DNA of 63,493 nucleotides, counting the filler, from Reticulomyxa filosa (Eukaryota; Protista; Foraminifera), in assembly GCA_000512085.1 (NCBI GenBank). It is 13 parts of 13 records of this genome, joined end to end, with 100 filler letters (N's around TTAATTAATTAA, not from the genome) between each part and the next. Parts side by side here need not be neighbours in the genome. Positions count along the whole stretch, not along the records: positions 37,813 to 42,647 come from ASPP01034275.1; positions 42,748 to 51,189 come from ASPP01018304.1; positions 51,290 to 53,121 come from ASPP01020101.1; 10 more parts are not named here. One strand, 5' to 3'. The notes below the pieces were generated by a model. That model had not been told where the DNA came from, did not search any database, and saw only the letters and a program-made list of their open reading frames with translations. The translations under genes and the position numbers were made by a program. This document shows positions 38,369 to 51,517 of this stretch, one piece after another; position 1 is the first letter of the stretch, and each line of letters begins with the position of its first letter.

Positions 38369-39860
38369 TCAAGTAGCAAAGAATTGCTACAACAACAAAT
38401 CAAATTACTGAAGACACAAAGAAAAGTTCTAGTCAAAGAAGTTTACTTGATTTTTTTTTTGTTGATCAAAATAAAAAGAAATTTGAACTGGTACATGTTG
38501 TTGATAAACAGATCAACGATTTACTGAAAAATATGATAGTTTTGTCCGTTTTGATAGGCTCTTTGCTAAGGTGTAAAAAAAAATAGTTTTTTGTTCTTGT
38601 AAACAAAAGTTATTAATTTTTTCTAAACAGCAATAAAAAAAACTTGGAAATGACGAAAGAACTAAAGCAAATAAAATTCGTCATTTACGTTTTTTATGAC
38701 GAAATAATTGTCAACTTCGTACATCAACATCACAATACTTTTGGATATTTTTATCATGCTTGTGTTTACTCTGTTAAAATTCTCGAAAAACTTTGATCAC
38801 AACATCTTGATTTATATCAATGTTATTATGACACAATACGATTGTGCATCGTTGGAATGAGTTTTATTTATTTTTTTTAATTAAAAAAGAGAGCTAATCT
38901 CATACAATAAAAATTTTTGTTTGTGTCTTTTATTCGAAGATAATTTTTTAAATAAAAAATTATATTGATTGAAGAAAATGAAGACATTTGATGATATTTG
39001 CGTAAATCGCTCAAACTAGTGATCAAACTAACTGTGATATCAAAAATAAAGATATAAGGGAAAAGACGTAAAAAAAAGATAAGAGCATATGACATCAGAG
39101 TAGAATGAAGAGCATTTTAACGGAGTGTAAAGAATAAAAAAAAACATCAGAAAGACTTTGAGTCAATTGAATGTAGAAAATGCATCATTGATGAGTTTTT
39201 ATCCAAATAGAGTTATCTCTTCCTATTGTCTCCCATCAAAAAAAAGACAGGAGTCCATATGTAACTCAAAAACAGTTATTCAAAATAATTATATTTAATC
39301 ACTATTTTCTTCAAAGCAAATTTTATAATAAAATCTTTTTTGTTGATAAATCTTTCCTCAATTTGAACGATTGGTTAAATTTATTATCAAAACAAACTAC
39401 TTGCAAGGGAATTAGCCAAGGATAATAGAAGAAAGTTCACATTAGCAATGTCTAATATGAAATCTTCAAGCCAGCATTTTGCACAGCCTTTACTTTTGAG
39501 TTAACATTATTCATTTTTATTGCCAAACTTTTCTTTTTTTTTTTTTACAAAGAGAGTGTTGTTGGACTAAAAGTAGGTCCTGAAGACAGTAAAGTTGATG
39601 ATTCTTCGAACTGTGAGCAGCATCCATGGAGAAAATGGGCATTAAAGAATGTATTGGCAACGACATTATGTCAATTTTGGATATTATTTTCCATTTTATG
39701 TAGCTCAATAGCGATTGCGGTTGGCTCTTTGTTTGATCAGTTAACAAAATCATGAAAAAGAGATAGGAGGGGAAGAAGAAGAAAGTGTGTTAAAAAAGCC
39801 ACTAACTCCCTTTTTATATCATCTGTTTGGAATGAGAAGAAAAATAAAAAAATAAAATAG

Positions 39861-40449
39861 ATCATTGAGGTTAATTCATATGATATTTCTAATAATCTTC
39901 ACATTGGAAATGGTATTAAAACTATTTTGTTTGGGTTTGTGGTACCCAATTGATAAGGACTTTATTCCATTCTTCAAACACCCTTGGCATATACTAGACT
40001 TGCTCATTGTCATAATGTCATGGATTTTATTTTATATTCAGGCAAATACTTTGGTGTCATGTCGTTTGTTGTTAGTCTTGTATTTCCTGCTGCTCACGAG
40101 TATGATTTTCTTTGTCCATATGTATATGTATATATTTCAACGATTATTGCAGTATTGGAGAGATTATAGCACATTCATACATCTTGTTTTTTTTTTGAGA
40201 AAAATATAGCTTCACACATTGTTGATTTCATGCTTTCAATCACTGAAAAAACTCGTAATCATGTTGGTCTTGTATGCAATATTTTATTTGGTCTTTTCAA
40301 TCTTTGGAGTCTATTTCATGAATGGGTACATTGCTTTAACACCAAACTCAAGTTTTTTGTTTGTTTTTTTCCCCTCAATCAATATGGTCGTGGGCAACTT
40401 CCAAAGAGTCTTTGAAAATTTGGAAGTTGGAGTTAATTGGAAATCGTAA
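39861..40449 (+). pseudogene. Voltage-gated Ca/Na-channel ion-transport domain fragment (S2-S5), probably decayed
   Basis: IFTLEMVLKLFCLG, FFKHPWHILDLLIV and LYAIFYLVFSIFGVYFMNG are present. No clear S4 or pore loop is recoverable. Confidence 0.6.
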
Positions 40450-40666
40450 GTTCGGTGCACTTGTCGTTGTTACAATTGGGTTTATGCGTTTATTGAGATT
40501 TCATCAGCTTATCATGATATATATTGCTATCACTTCAATCAGTTTGGCCCGAGCTTTTTCGTTTGTTTTGTATCCTCAAATATCTTCCATTTCATTGTTT
40601 TATGTGTTTGTGTGATGTATTCACTTTTATCCACGTCATCTGACATAATGTCCATCCAGGATTGGA

Positions 40667-41245
40667 AAGAGATAATGAAGAATTTGATCTATTTTTGAAG
40701 GAAGATGTTTGAATCAATGTAACATAATGATTTTTTGTTGTTGTTTATTTCGTTTGTTTTTTTATAATATTTTCATGTTCAATACTTCTTCTTGTATTCT
40801 TAAGTCAATAAAAGCAAATCATATTAACACTACAAATCTTTATTATCTAGTCACCACATTTATTTGTTTATTTTTCATAGATCCAGTTGTTCGCAATAAA
40901 AAAAAAATTTTTAATTCAGTAGCTGGATTTGAACCTGCAATCTTATCACTTAATGAGTCGCCGATTCTATTGGGCCACACAGATAAGATTTTTTGAAATT
41001 ATATATATTGTAATACATTATTATATAATATATAAATCATTATCTTTATAATTTTTGTGCGAAAATTAAAATTTTATTTGAAAAAATAAAAATAAAAGAT
41101 TAAATATTTTTATCAAGTCGTTGGAAAAAAAATTAGAATAGGTATAAACTGATCTCGTAAAGTAAGTTAAATTTTTTTGTTTTTTGTGCTTAGAAAAAAA
41201 AAGACAATGCAGTTAATATGTTGTTTTTTTTTACATATAATGTCT
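40667..41245 (+). repeat. About 580-bp direct segmental duplication, copy 2
   Basis: See copy 1 at 37813-38368. Confidence 0.92.
40914..40984 (-). pseudogene. tRNA pseudogene or tRNA-derived element (Arg-like D and T arms)
   Basis: Minus strand ATCTGTG-TGGCCCAATAGAATCGGCG...AAGATT-GCAGG-TTCAAAT-CCAGC-TACTGAA shows an A-box, a B-box, 4/5 T-stem and 5/7 acceptor-stem pairs, then a T10 run (Pol III terminator-like). The anticodon arm is damaged. Confidence 0.65.
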
Positions 41246-41578
41246 GTATTTGTTTATTTGCTATTTGTGATAATGTTGTATCTTGATCATCAAATCTTTT
41301 ATTACGCTCCAACTTGGCATATTAAGTCACATTACTGTCGTTCGAGAAAAAACTCGTTGGTATTTCGTCGTTATTTTTTTTAATATCCAGATTATTCCTT
41401 TGATTAAAGTTTTTTGGGAAAAAAGTTGCACTTGGAAGTTTTTTTGAAAAAGTTTCTAAAATTAAATAGAATTATTTATGTATAATATTGTGATTTTTTA
41501 TATTTCTTTGGATTTTTTCAACAAGTGCACGTACTTTAACGGTTTTTCCCTAAAATTGGAACCTTTTCGTAATTTTGA

Positions 41579-42384
41579 ATGATGCAAGCGCATGAACAAA
41601 AAATGCATCAACTATCTGACAAACTAAGAATACAAGAACATGTGCATTTTTTTTTTCCGATGAGAAGGGATAAAAAAGAGAAAGACCACAAAAAACACAC
41701 TCGGCACTATAATCATTAAAAAAAGTATATAAACACGTATATGAAAATGGACATATGAATTATAGAAATACAACGCATTAAAACAGCGATATGACACAAT
41801 GAAAGAAGACTTTAAATTTAATTTGAAATTGTTGGAAGAAAGAGATATCGAATTAGAAGTTACATTTTCTTGTTTTGTTTGTTTGTTTGTTTGTTGTTTG
41901 TTTGTTTTTTGTTTTTTTTTTTGAGAGTGTATATGTGTGTTTTTTTGAGTGGGTGTGCAAAGTAGAAATAATGAGGTACTATAGGCCTAACAGCAAGAAG
42001 CGCATAAGAACGCAACTTTGTATTGATCGAAATGTGTTGAAATTTATAGAAATATGATGAGCAATTTGAAGACTATGCCCAAGTATGCTTTTGCATATTG
42101 TATTTGAGTTTGAAGGAAGCAAAATCTCAAAAGACACAAATGTGTTCACTCCAACTTGAAACAATATATGTTGTGTGCATATTTACAAATGCAAATCCAA
42201 ATCTAAATAAATATGACATAAACGAAAAAGACTTTGAAAGCAAAGGATGGAAACGTGAAAGAAGTGTTATGCGAATTGGAAAAATGGAAGGCAAATAGTC
42301 AAACCCAACAAAACCAGTTCGACACGATCAAAAATCAAAACCAATTGTTACAAACGGAAGTTAATTCTTTCTTCATTTTTTGGA

Positions 42385-42432
<48 letters not shown>

Positions 42433-42647
42433 GAGAGACGGTAATGATGATATGAACATTGCGTACATATTGTAAAGATAAATCATTTGAAACAAACAAT
42501 GGAGACACAAATGAGCCAGTTGGAGGACGACAAACAGCAATTGAAAAAACAGCATTCCATTGAATTATTGTCGAGCCAGCAAACCCTGCAAGCCAAAATA
42601 AACTTGATTCGCGCTGAACATAACAAAGTTTGGCAAAAAAAAAAAAA
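41579..42647 (+). CDS. Coiled-coil protein, CCDC57-like N-terminal part (multi-exon, 3'-truncated)
   Basis: The exon at about 41766-41858 reads KYNALKQRYDTMKEDFKFNLKLLEERDIELE, resembling the conserved EDFxYNLxxLEERDxEL block of CCDC57. The other exons are heptad-rich. Confidence 0.55.
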
Positions 42648-42747
42648 NNNNNNNNNNNNNNNNNNNNNNNNNNNNNNNNNNNNNNNNNNNNTTAATTAAT
42701 TAANNNNNNNNNNNNNNNNNNNNNNNNNNNNNNNNNNNNNNNNNNNN

Positions 42748-42786
<39 letters not shown>

Positions 42787-45419
42787 CTCAGTCCAAGTGG
42801 AAATGAGAACGTAGAGAAGAGTGGGAAGAAGAGACAATTAAGCGCAATGGAGAAAGAATTCCCGGCGTTGTTTGCATTGCTATCGGATGACGAAGAGGAC
42901 AACAAAAGTGTGCAAACCGAACATGAGAGCAAAGACAACCAACCATTGCCATCCACACTACCAGCGGCGCCAGCTCCGCAGATCGTGATCATTGAAAAGA
43001 AAAACACTTTTCAATTGGAAATTAGTGAAAATGTTGCAACAATGAGCATTTACATACCACCAAAAGCCTCAGCTGCCACTACTGCCAATGCCAATATCAA
43101 TGTCAGTATCAATCCTGTTACTACCATTAGCAATAGTAATACCACATCCACTACCACCAACATCGTCACCGTTCCAAATAATAGCAACAACGAGGTTGTA
43201 CTTTCAAAAGATGCCGCCGATGAAAAGCAAAAAGAAGAAAAAGAAAAAGAAAAAGAAAAAGAAAAGATTAGTAATGACAACAACAATGTCAATGGAATTA
43301 ATAAAAATGAAATACCAAACAATCAGCCAGCCACAACAGTATCAGAAGCAGCACCAACCTCAGCACCAGTGTCAGTATCGGCATCAGTACAAATACCAAC
43401 ACCAGTACAAATACTAACACCAGTACAAATACTAACACCAGTACCAGAACCAGAGCCAGTATCAATACCAACATTAACATCGGCATCAGTACCAGTACCA
43501 GTACCAGCGCCAGCATCAGAATCAGTACCAATACTAACATCAGTGCTAATGCCAGTACCAGCACCAATATCAGTGCCAGCATCAATATTAGTACCAGCAC
43601 CAGCGCCAGCACCAGCACCAGCACCAGCACCAGTACCAGTACCAGCATCGGACTCACTACCAACAACAACCGTAATAGCAACAAAGACAATGGAAGAAAC
43701 AGCAAAGGAAGAAGTCAAAGTGATAAAGGAATTAGAAGAGAGTGGAATAGCAGCAACGTCAGCGGTGGAAGCGCCCGTGAAACATGTGAAAGAGCAAAGT
43801 TTAACAACGAAGAACGACATTCTCCCTTCTCTTGTCTCTTCCAATTCAAATTCGAGCAAGCCGCTTGCAGTGGTAAGCAAGCCTGAGACGCCCAGACTAC
43901 TCATGAAGCGAAGCACATCGACATTGACTATCGACTTCAACAGACTGCCGCCCATTCCTGGCGTCTTCACTTTGAAGAAGAGCATTTGTTCCAATTTGCC
44001 CAAAAAGTTAATTGGAACCGAGCAGTATTACTTGCGTATTTACGAAGGCACTCCTATTACTAGCGAATCCCAAAAAAAAAGTCGCAATCCATCCACCATT
44101 GGCAATGGAGCCGCCATTGGAAACGGAGCCACCATCGACACACCGTTACGTTTTGCAAAGCATGGAGCCGCTTCATCTAATTCCAACGTGGTTGTGGATG
44201 ACAGTACTGACACTGGTGCTGCCATCACTTCAATCAATAATCCAAACGACCTACCCAATCCCACTTCCGGCAATCGTGATCCAACAAGTCCAAAAGGTCT
44301 GGGCGGTGTCGCGAGTCCGCGAACTGATCGTCCATCTTTTGGTGGAAAGGGAGCACTCCAAATCAAACCCAAGGTGATGAATGAAAATATAACTGCTCGA
44401 GCATTGCCAGCGTTCCCGGTGATTAAATCCTATCCCTTGTTTTGCGAAGATGGGGAGTCGGTAATCGAATGGGCCAATCTGCCGAGCAGCAGCTGCAAAG
44501 ATGTCAAAAAATTACGATTGGCGATCTATGTCAAACGCGATGACGAAATTGTGCTAATTGCTCAAACCAAGCTAATCCATTCGTTGGAAGATATCATACC
44601 TGCGCCACGACAAGGCATGAAAACAATCGTGTTGAAACACTACCAACTTGAATGCGAATCGAAGTGGTCCGCTTGGAATGGTCGTGCTCATGTTCAATGC
44701 ACATATTCTTTCGTTCCAAAGCAGTTTGCTGTGGATCCTATTGTTTTATGTCGCACCAAATTGCCTCAGTATCCTTATGAAATACCTGTCATTGTGCAAA
44801 TGATCAAGTTGCATATTTTGCAAGACACACAAGAGTTGGAAGGAATGATTCTTTCCAACTCCAAAGATATGTCGGAGGAAGCAAAGAACAAAGTGGACGA
44901 ATTGGTGGGAAGTTTAAACAGCGGGCATTATAAATTTACCGGCATTGAAATCACCATTGCTTTCTTTGTTTTATTACGGTGGTTCATGTCTTTGCCAAAA
45001 CCTGTTTTGGATCCCACTTTTATCAATTGGATTGACATGGAGGCCTCTGTAAAGCAAGGAGTTATTGCTTTTTTTTTTTTTTTTTTGTTATTCCACACAT
45101 ACACGCATGTTATACATCATGGCCCACGCAAACAAATACGTTGGAACAACAACAACAGGAAGAGTCAATGGTCAAAGTACTACAAGAAATAGCCGAGCCA
45201 CAAAGGTCACTGCTGTTGTGGGTTTTAGACTTTTGCATTGAAATATGTCAATGGTTTCCAAATGCCAATGACCAGACTTTGGAACGCGTCATCGACGAGT
45301 TTGAGGATCCATTATTTGGAATTCGTAAAAAAGGTGCAAATTCAAAAAAACCAAATCATCCGCTTTCGTTCTTAACACAAATTGCTATTCTACGTAAGGA
45401 TGAACAGATCAAGTTTTGA
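42748..45419 (+). CDS. RhoGAP-fold protein with a Pro/Val/Ala-rich repeat region and possible C2-like domain (5'-partial)
   Basis: EIPVIVQMIK...ELEGMIL, LLRWFMSLPKPVL and LQEIAEPQRSLLLWVLDFC follow RhoGAP helices. Intron from about 45050 to 45160. Confidence 0.7.
43330..43650 (+). repeat. Coding 6-bp periodic repeat (CCAGTA/CCAGCA; PV/PA dipeptides)
   Basis: Visible tandem degenerate hexamers encoding PVPVPAPAPAP. Confidence 0.85.
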
Positions 45420-45704
45420 AAAATGTAAAAAGTTTTTTTTTTTTGTATACACTATTTTATATTAAAAAAAAAAAGCAATATTAGCACTTCGTTTGATCAT
45501 CCATCGCCTTTCTTTTTTTTTTTCTGTTTCATTCCCAGTGGCGTGGTAATTTGTAAAAAATTTTATATGTTTGAATATAATTGACACTCTTTTTTTCAGT
45601 TTTTTATAAAATGATCCAAATTATTTTGTTTTTTCTCCTTAAGAAGAAGACATGAATAAAAAAAAGATCTTGTGAATTGTTCAAAAATTGTATTTTTTTT
45701 TTAA

Positions 45705-47143
45705 TCAAATGTTTTGTAAAACGATGGCGGAAGCACCTCCTCCGCCATTACAAATTCCAGCGACGCCATATCTTCCTTTTTTAAGTTTTAAAGTAGTGAT
45801 GAGTGTACACAAAATTCGAGCACCACTGCAACCCAAAGGATGCCCCAAAGCAATGGCACCCCCAAGGGCATTAACACGTTCCATAGGGATTTTTAAAATA
45901 CGAGCATTTGCAACTCCAGCAACGCTGAAAGCTTCATTTATTTCAAACCAATCGTTTTCGTTTAAATCACTCACGTCATGAATTCCTGCGTGTTTCAAAG
46001 CCTTTGGAATGGCCAAAGATGGAGTTGCAGGAAAGCGAACAGGCTCTTGAGCGGCATCTGCGAAGCCAGCAATTTTCGCTAATAATTTGGAATGGCATTT
46101 CAATTCTTTTACTTTTTTGCCGTTGATCAAAACCAAAGCAGCCGCCCCATCAGACAAAGAGCTGCTATTGGCCGCAGTGACAGTATAAATGGGATGATTG
46201 TCTTTGTCTTTGGCAATATTGGGATGGCTTTTGTAGGCATCATTTGTGATTGGAAAAGCGCCTTTCAATTGGCGCATTTTCTCTTCATTCAATTTGGATA
46301 TCCCCTCGTCAATCGACACTATATCTTTTGTTTTGGTTTTGGGGTTCAAAATAGGGATCGGAAGGATCTCATTGTCAAATGCATGTTCTTTGTGTGCCAA
46401 CGCTGCTTTTTGAATGACAGCACCGCAAAATCGTCTTGTTCTTCGCGCGATATTTTATATTCTGCGGCACACCATTCTGCGCACATACCCATACTCATAT
46501 TCACCATACTGTCCCACAGTCCGTCTTTTGTAAGTCCATCCACCATCGTTTGATCACCAAAACGAACACCAAAGCGATAATTTCTTTTTTTTTTTTTTTT
46601 TTTTTTTAAAGTCATATTATTTGAATTGTAAAACATTTGACTAAGAGACCAAAAAAAAAAAAAAAAATTAAAAATGAGAAAGAAGAGACGAAAAGAGAAG
46701 GAGGGAATGATATTACAAAGATTTTTTTTTTTAACTTGCACATAATATGGTGCGTTGGACATGGATTCCATTCCTCCAGCGATACATATTTCATTTTGTT
46801 GAAGTGCTAAACTTTGAGCGGCTAAGGACACTGCTTTCATCCCACTTGCACATACCACATTCACTGTTGTTGCAGGCACTTTGTCGCTTATCCCGCTTTT
46901 TATACTTGCTTGTCTTGCCGGGTTCTGCCCCAAATTCGCTTGCAATACGTTGCCCATAAATACCTCATCCACTTGACTAGGCTTTATTTCGGCTTTTTCC
47001 AGGGCTCCTTTTATCGTTATTGCACCCAGTTCCACTGCACTTAAACTTGATAAACTCCCACCAAATGAACCCAAAGGCGTTCGAACCGCTGCGAGGATAA
47101 ATACATCGCTGTCTTTTATCTCAATTTGCTTTTCTTCAGACAT
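45705..47143 (-). CDS. Acetyl-CoA C-acetyltransferase (biosynthetic thiolase, ERG10/ACAT-like)
   Basis: VNVVCASGMKA (Cys), GGMESMSNAPY, NEAF, GHPLGCSGAR (His) and GICNGGGGASA (Cys). One intron at about 46584-46735 and a 1-nt indel in an A-run near 46410. Confidence 0.96.
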
Positions 47144-47557
47144 ACTAAAAGTATTGCAAGTTAAAAATTAAATTACAATAAGTATCCCCTTTAAGTTCAC
47201 TTTTTTGCTACAAAAAAATTGTATCCACAGCTTGCGTGAAACATTTATTTCCTATTCATTGCTCTTCAGTAACCCACAGAAAAGAGTTTTCGAAAAGATC
47301 CTCAATGAGTTTTAGTAAATAGGCTACGATGTGCTGTCTTTTTGTTAAGTGCAGCAAAAATATGAAAGTTATTTTAAGCACTGCTTTTTTTTTTTTCCGT
47401 TTGACTGTTTCGCAAGGAAATATATTATGAAAAGCTAAAAAAAAAAAACTCAATATGGAAAGAATGATAGGCATATTGACGTCTATTTTGTCTTGAATTT
47501 GGCAATTTGCGCATTTTTATGGACTCTAGAGTAGTGAGTCTTGCATCGTAATTTAGT

Positions 47558-50500
47558 ATGGAAGAGAGCGAATTAGAAAACAATGAGAAATATTCCTTAT
47601 CAAATGAAAAAATCAAATCTAAAAATGTGTTCACGATAACTCTTAGAAAAATCCGAACAGCCAATCAAAAGCCACAAGATGACCAAAATACAGTAATTTT
47701 TGTCTGTGCTCATCGTTGTTAATTCAAAATATATGCCAATACGTATTACACAAAAAAAGGAATACGAAAAAATGTCTTATGGGGTATCCCTGTAACTCAT
47801 CCATTTCGGTCAACTTGTATTCGGATAATAGAACGCAGGTCAAAGCGAGTTTTTCTTAGCATAAAAAATTGAGTGCAAAATTTTAAAAATGTCTTGGTGC
47901 TCATTAAAAAAAAATGACACAATTAACAGATGTTTCGAGAGATGGATTGCTAGTATTATTTTACTCAATATAATAGCAATGGCATTGCACAACAATACAA
48001 GTAACTTTTTTTATTACTTTTTTTCCATCTCTTGGGAAAAAATGGTAATACATTGCACATTGATTAGCCAAAAAAAAAAAAAAAACATTGGCTGTTTTGT
48101 AAATAATGTACGACAAAACAAACAGAAATAATTCGATACGTCGCATTCTTTGTCACAGTGTCGTGTCATATATTCTATTCTGTTGAAATATGTTTGAAAA
48201 TCATTGCCTTCGGGTTTTTTTGTGGTCCAAAAACCTATTTACGCAACTATTGGAATATTTTGGATTTTTTGGTGGTCATTTGTGGAATTGTCGATCTTCT
48301 TTTATATGCATCTGCATTGCATGCTTATGGCATCATCCGGTTCATCTCCCTTGGCAAATGTCTGAGACCGCTTAGGCTAATTTTCAGCGTTCATGAGTTA
48401 AAGATGCTTTTTAATAGTTTGATCCAGGTCATTCCTTCATTATTCAATACATTCATGTTATTATTCTGTCTTTTTCTTATCTGGGGATTGATTGGATTAC
48501 AATTATTCCGAGGAAAGTTTTCATATCGCTGTCAAAATGAAAAAACAAGTTGATGTCGAAAAAAGTCTTTCTTAAAAAATGACACAGATTTATTTCTTTG
48601 TTTTAAAGCATTGTGAGTGTCAAAACTTCAACTGTAAAACGTTTGTTTATTTGGTAAACATTGTTAAATTTTCAAACAATTTTTTCTTAAACATGACTAA
48701 AGATTGTACATCTGAATTGACATAGTGGCGTTTGATGAACTAAGTCAAATCCCTCTAAATTCCCAATTGACCTGTGGTTATCGTAAATGTCCAGAGGGAT
48801 ATTCATGTGTTCGAATAAAAGTAAATCCTTTTTATGACACAGTAAATTTTGATAATCTGCCTATGGCAATATTGACCATTTTCTGTATGGTAACAATGGA
48901 GCAGTGGGCAGACACAATGTACCGTGCACAAGATTCAGTGAATTTTTGGGTATGGCCTTATTTTGTGATAATAATTGTAGTAGGAGGTTTTCTAGTTATC
49001 AACCTGGCGTTAGTTGCTGTGAGCAGCTATCTTGTTCCTTTTGATAGTAATTCAAAGAAAGAAAAAGATAGTATCCATCTAAATGAAAACAAAAACAGCA
49101 ACGCATCCGTTGTACAACAACACAACGACCAAATCCAGAAAAACGTACTCTCTATAACAGAAAATGAGAGTAACAACATCAATAACGAATCTTCAGATCC
49201 TCAACAAACCCGATACAAAAATACCTCAGAGTTATTGACAAAAAAATGCGTATGTTTTTACAATTTAAAAAGTTATTGGAACAATAGAGCCACCAGCAAT
49301 CTCAAAATCAAAACGCAAAATTTTTGTAGTCATATCATTGTACACCCGCTCTTTAATGCATTTTTTGTTGTTAGAGTCGTTTATTTTTTTTATCTTTTAT
49401 AATTATATCTATATGTAAATATAGGTATTTTTTGTAAAAAAAGTTTGGAGCCAGTAGGGGGGAAAAAAAAAAAAAACCAAAACAATTTCAACTTTACAGA
49501 TATGCATAATAGTAAATACAATATTGTTGTCAAGTGAACACTACGGACAAAGTATGCAGCTGACGAATTTCTTTGCAAAAGGTAACATCGTATTGACAGC
49601 GTTATTTTCATTGGAAATGGTATTAAAAATTTGGGGTAAAGGTATAAGAGAGTACATGGCGGATCTTTTTGACTTATTTGATAGTATCATCGTGGTATCG
49701 TCTTTGACAGAAGTAATTTTACAAACTAAAGGGGATACTCCACAGTAGTCCTCGTAGTGAAATTGTTTCGTGTGTTTCGAGTAGCGCGAGTAATGAAATT
49801 GATAGGACACTCTAGTTCTTTGAAACGTCTTGCTGCGGTTGTACGAAAATCATTGCGCAGCATTTTTTTGGTCTCATTATTGCTTATGGTCTTTATAGTC
49901 GTATACGCTTTGTTTGGCATGTTTTTTTTTAAAAATAAATTCTATTTCCCGCAAGATGTCCAATTTGGAGATCCAGTTGTACCAAGGAGCAATTTCAATA
50001 GTTTGTATTGGGCGTTCATTACAGTTTATATTCCTTATTTCTTTCTGTGTATACGTAAATACGTATACGTTTACTATTTTTTTTTTTTTTGCTTAAGTAT
50101 GCTTGCAAAGTATGTGCAAGTGAACATGTAAAAACTGAGTAAAAGAAAAAAAAAGAAAAATGACCTTGCTTTTTTTTTTTTTTTTTTTTTGTTGTAGGTT
50201 TTTCAAATGATAACATTTGAGAATTGGACGGACGTAATGAACGACGGTATCCGCGCAACAAGTGAATGGGCAGCACTATATTTTGTGTCATGGTTGTTAT
50301 TAGGATCTTATGTTTTGTTAAACATGTTTTCAGCCATTGGCTTGAAAAATTTTGCTGAAGAGGAGCGCTTACGGCTAGAGCGAAAATTAAAAAGAAAAAG
50401 GATGGAGTCTATCATCTATCAAAAAAATGTAACATAATTAACAACTATATATATGTATATACATATATATGTATGTATATAAGCAGATAAACCTTTATTT

Positions 50501-51149
50501 ATATATGTACGTACACTCATATATGTATATATTTTTTTTTTGGTAGGAACAATCGTATACTAGTGCCAAATCGTTTAGCTTTAAAAGTATCTATCAAGCA
50601 AAGTGTTACTCTTGTTTGTCAGTGGAGATGCAAAAGCGTATTCGTTGCATATTGTCTTGTCGTAGAGTCGATATCAGCCCAACATCGACGAATAGTAGTG
50701 AGTGTGTGCATTTGCAGTCCTTCAATGACAAAAAAAAAAGCAAACGGAAGCGTTTGGAAAATATGTAGAAAATGATTCAGCAAATAATGCTCTCTCTTTG
50801 ATACTTCCAGTTTCTGCAAATATCATCGATCCATTTGTATTTCTTCAATCAAAAAAGACTCCAAGAGAGGCACAAGACAACTCCGTTTCTGACTTTCTCC
50901 CTCCTAATAGTAGTCCATATCGTAGGGAAACCACAATTTCTCCAAAGTATAGTCCGTGCGTTTGCGTGACGAATGAAGTTGTCAAAGAAAATGTACTAGC
51001 CAGTGCAGAGGATAAGAGCTTAACTCCAGTCAAATATCGGAAGAGTCCTTCAAATCCCGACAATACAGGTCTATCCAACAGCAGAAAAATTTCTTGTTCT
51101 GATGAATCAATGGCAAGACGCGAATCTCTTTTGTTATGCAAATACTCCA

Positions 51150-51189
<40 letters not shown>
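47558..51189 (+). CDS. Four-domain voltage-gated Ca2+ (Cav/Nav-superfamily) channel alpha subunit, domains I-II and linker (3'-truncated)
   Basis: YLRNYWNILDFLVV, S4-I KCLRPLRLI, pore-I NFDN...VTMEQWAD, S4-II KLFRVFRVARVMKL and pore-II ITFENWTD. An extra G in a G-run at about 49731. Confidence 0.92.
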
Positions 51190-51289
51190 NNNNNNNNNNN
51201 NNNNNNNNNNNNNNNNNNNNNNNNNNNNNNNNNTTAATTAATTAANNNNNNNNNNNNNNNNNNNNNNNNNNNNNNNNNNNNNNNNNNNN

Positions 51290-51517
51290 AGTTCAAATGT
51301 AATATGTTCTGGATCAAAAGATAATACAATTCGCTTTTGGGATATTCGAACAAATAAAAACCAATTGCATGTGATAAAGGGAGATAAGAAAGAAGATTAC
51401 GGGATATATTGTCTTAAACTTTTACAATTCAAAAAGAAAAGCAAAAATAATAATGGTGGTTATTATATGAATCTGTGTTATGGTACACGAAAGGGTCTTA
51501 TTCGTATTTGGGGATAG
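51290..51517 (+). CDS. WD40-repeat protein, C-terminal end (partial)
   Basis: SSNVICSGSKDNTIRFWDIRTNKNQLHVIKG...LCYGTRKGLIRIWG*. Confidence 0.85.
   Translation, partial: SSNVICSGSKDNTIRFWDIRTNKNQLHVIKGDKKEDYGIYCLKLLQFKKKSKNNNGGYYMNLCYGTRKGLIRIWG

Noticed and set aside
2296-49760. Frequent frameshifts in conserved genes (both kinases, GNAT, Jjj1-like, RPL37, PepE-like, NACHT, thiolase, Cav) as programmed frameshifting, RNA editing or mass pseudogenisation
   Set aside because: Each falls in a homopolymer run, both +1 and -1 occur, there is no shared slippery or stop motif, and essential genes are affected. This is the signature of pyrosequencing-type indel error; raw-read or cDNA comparison would settle it.
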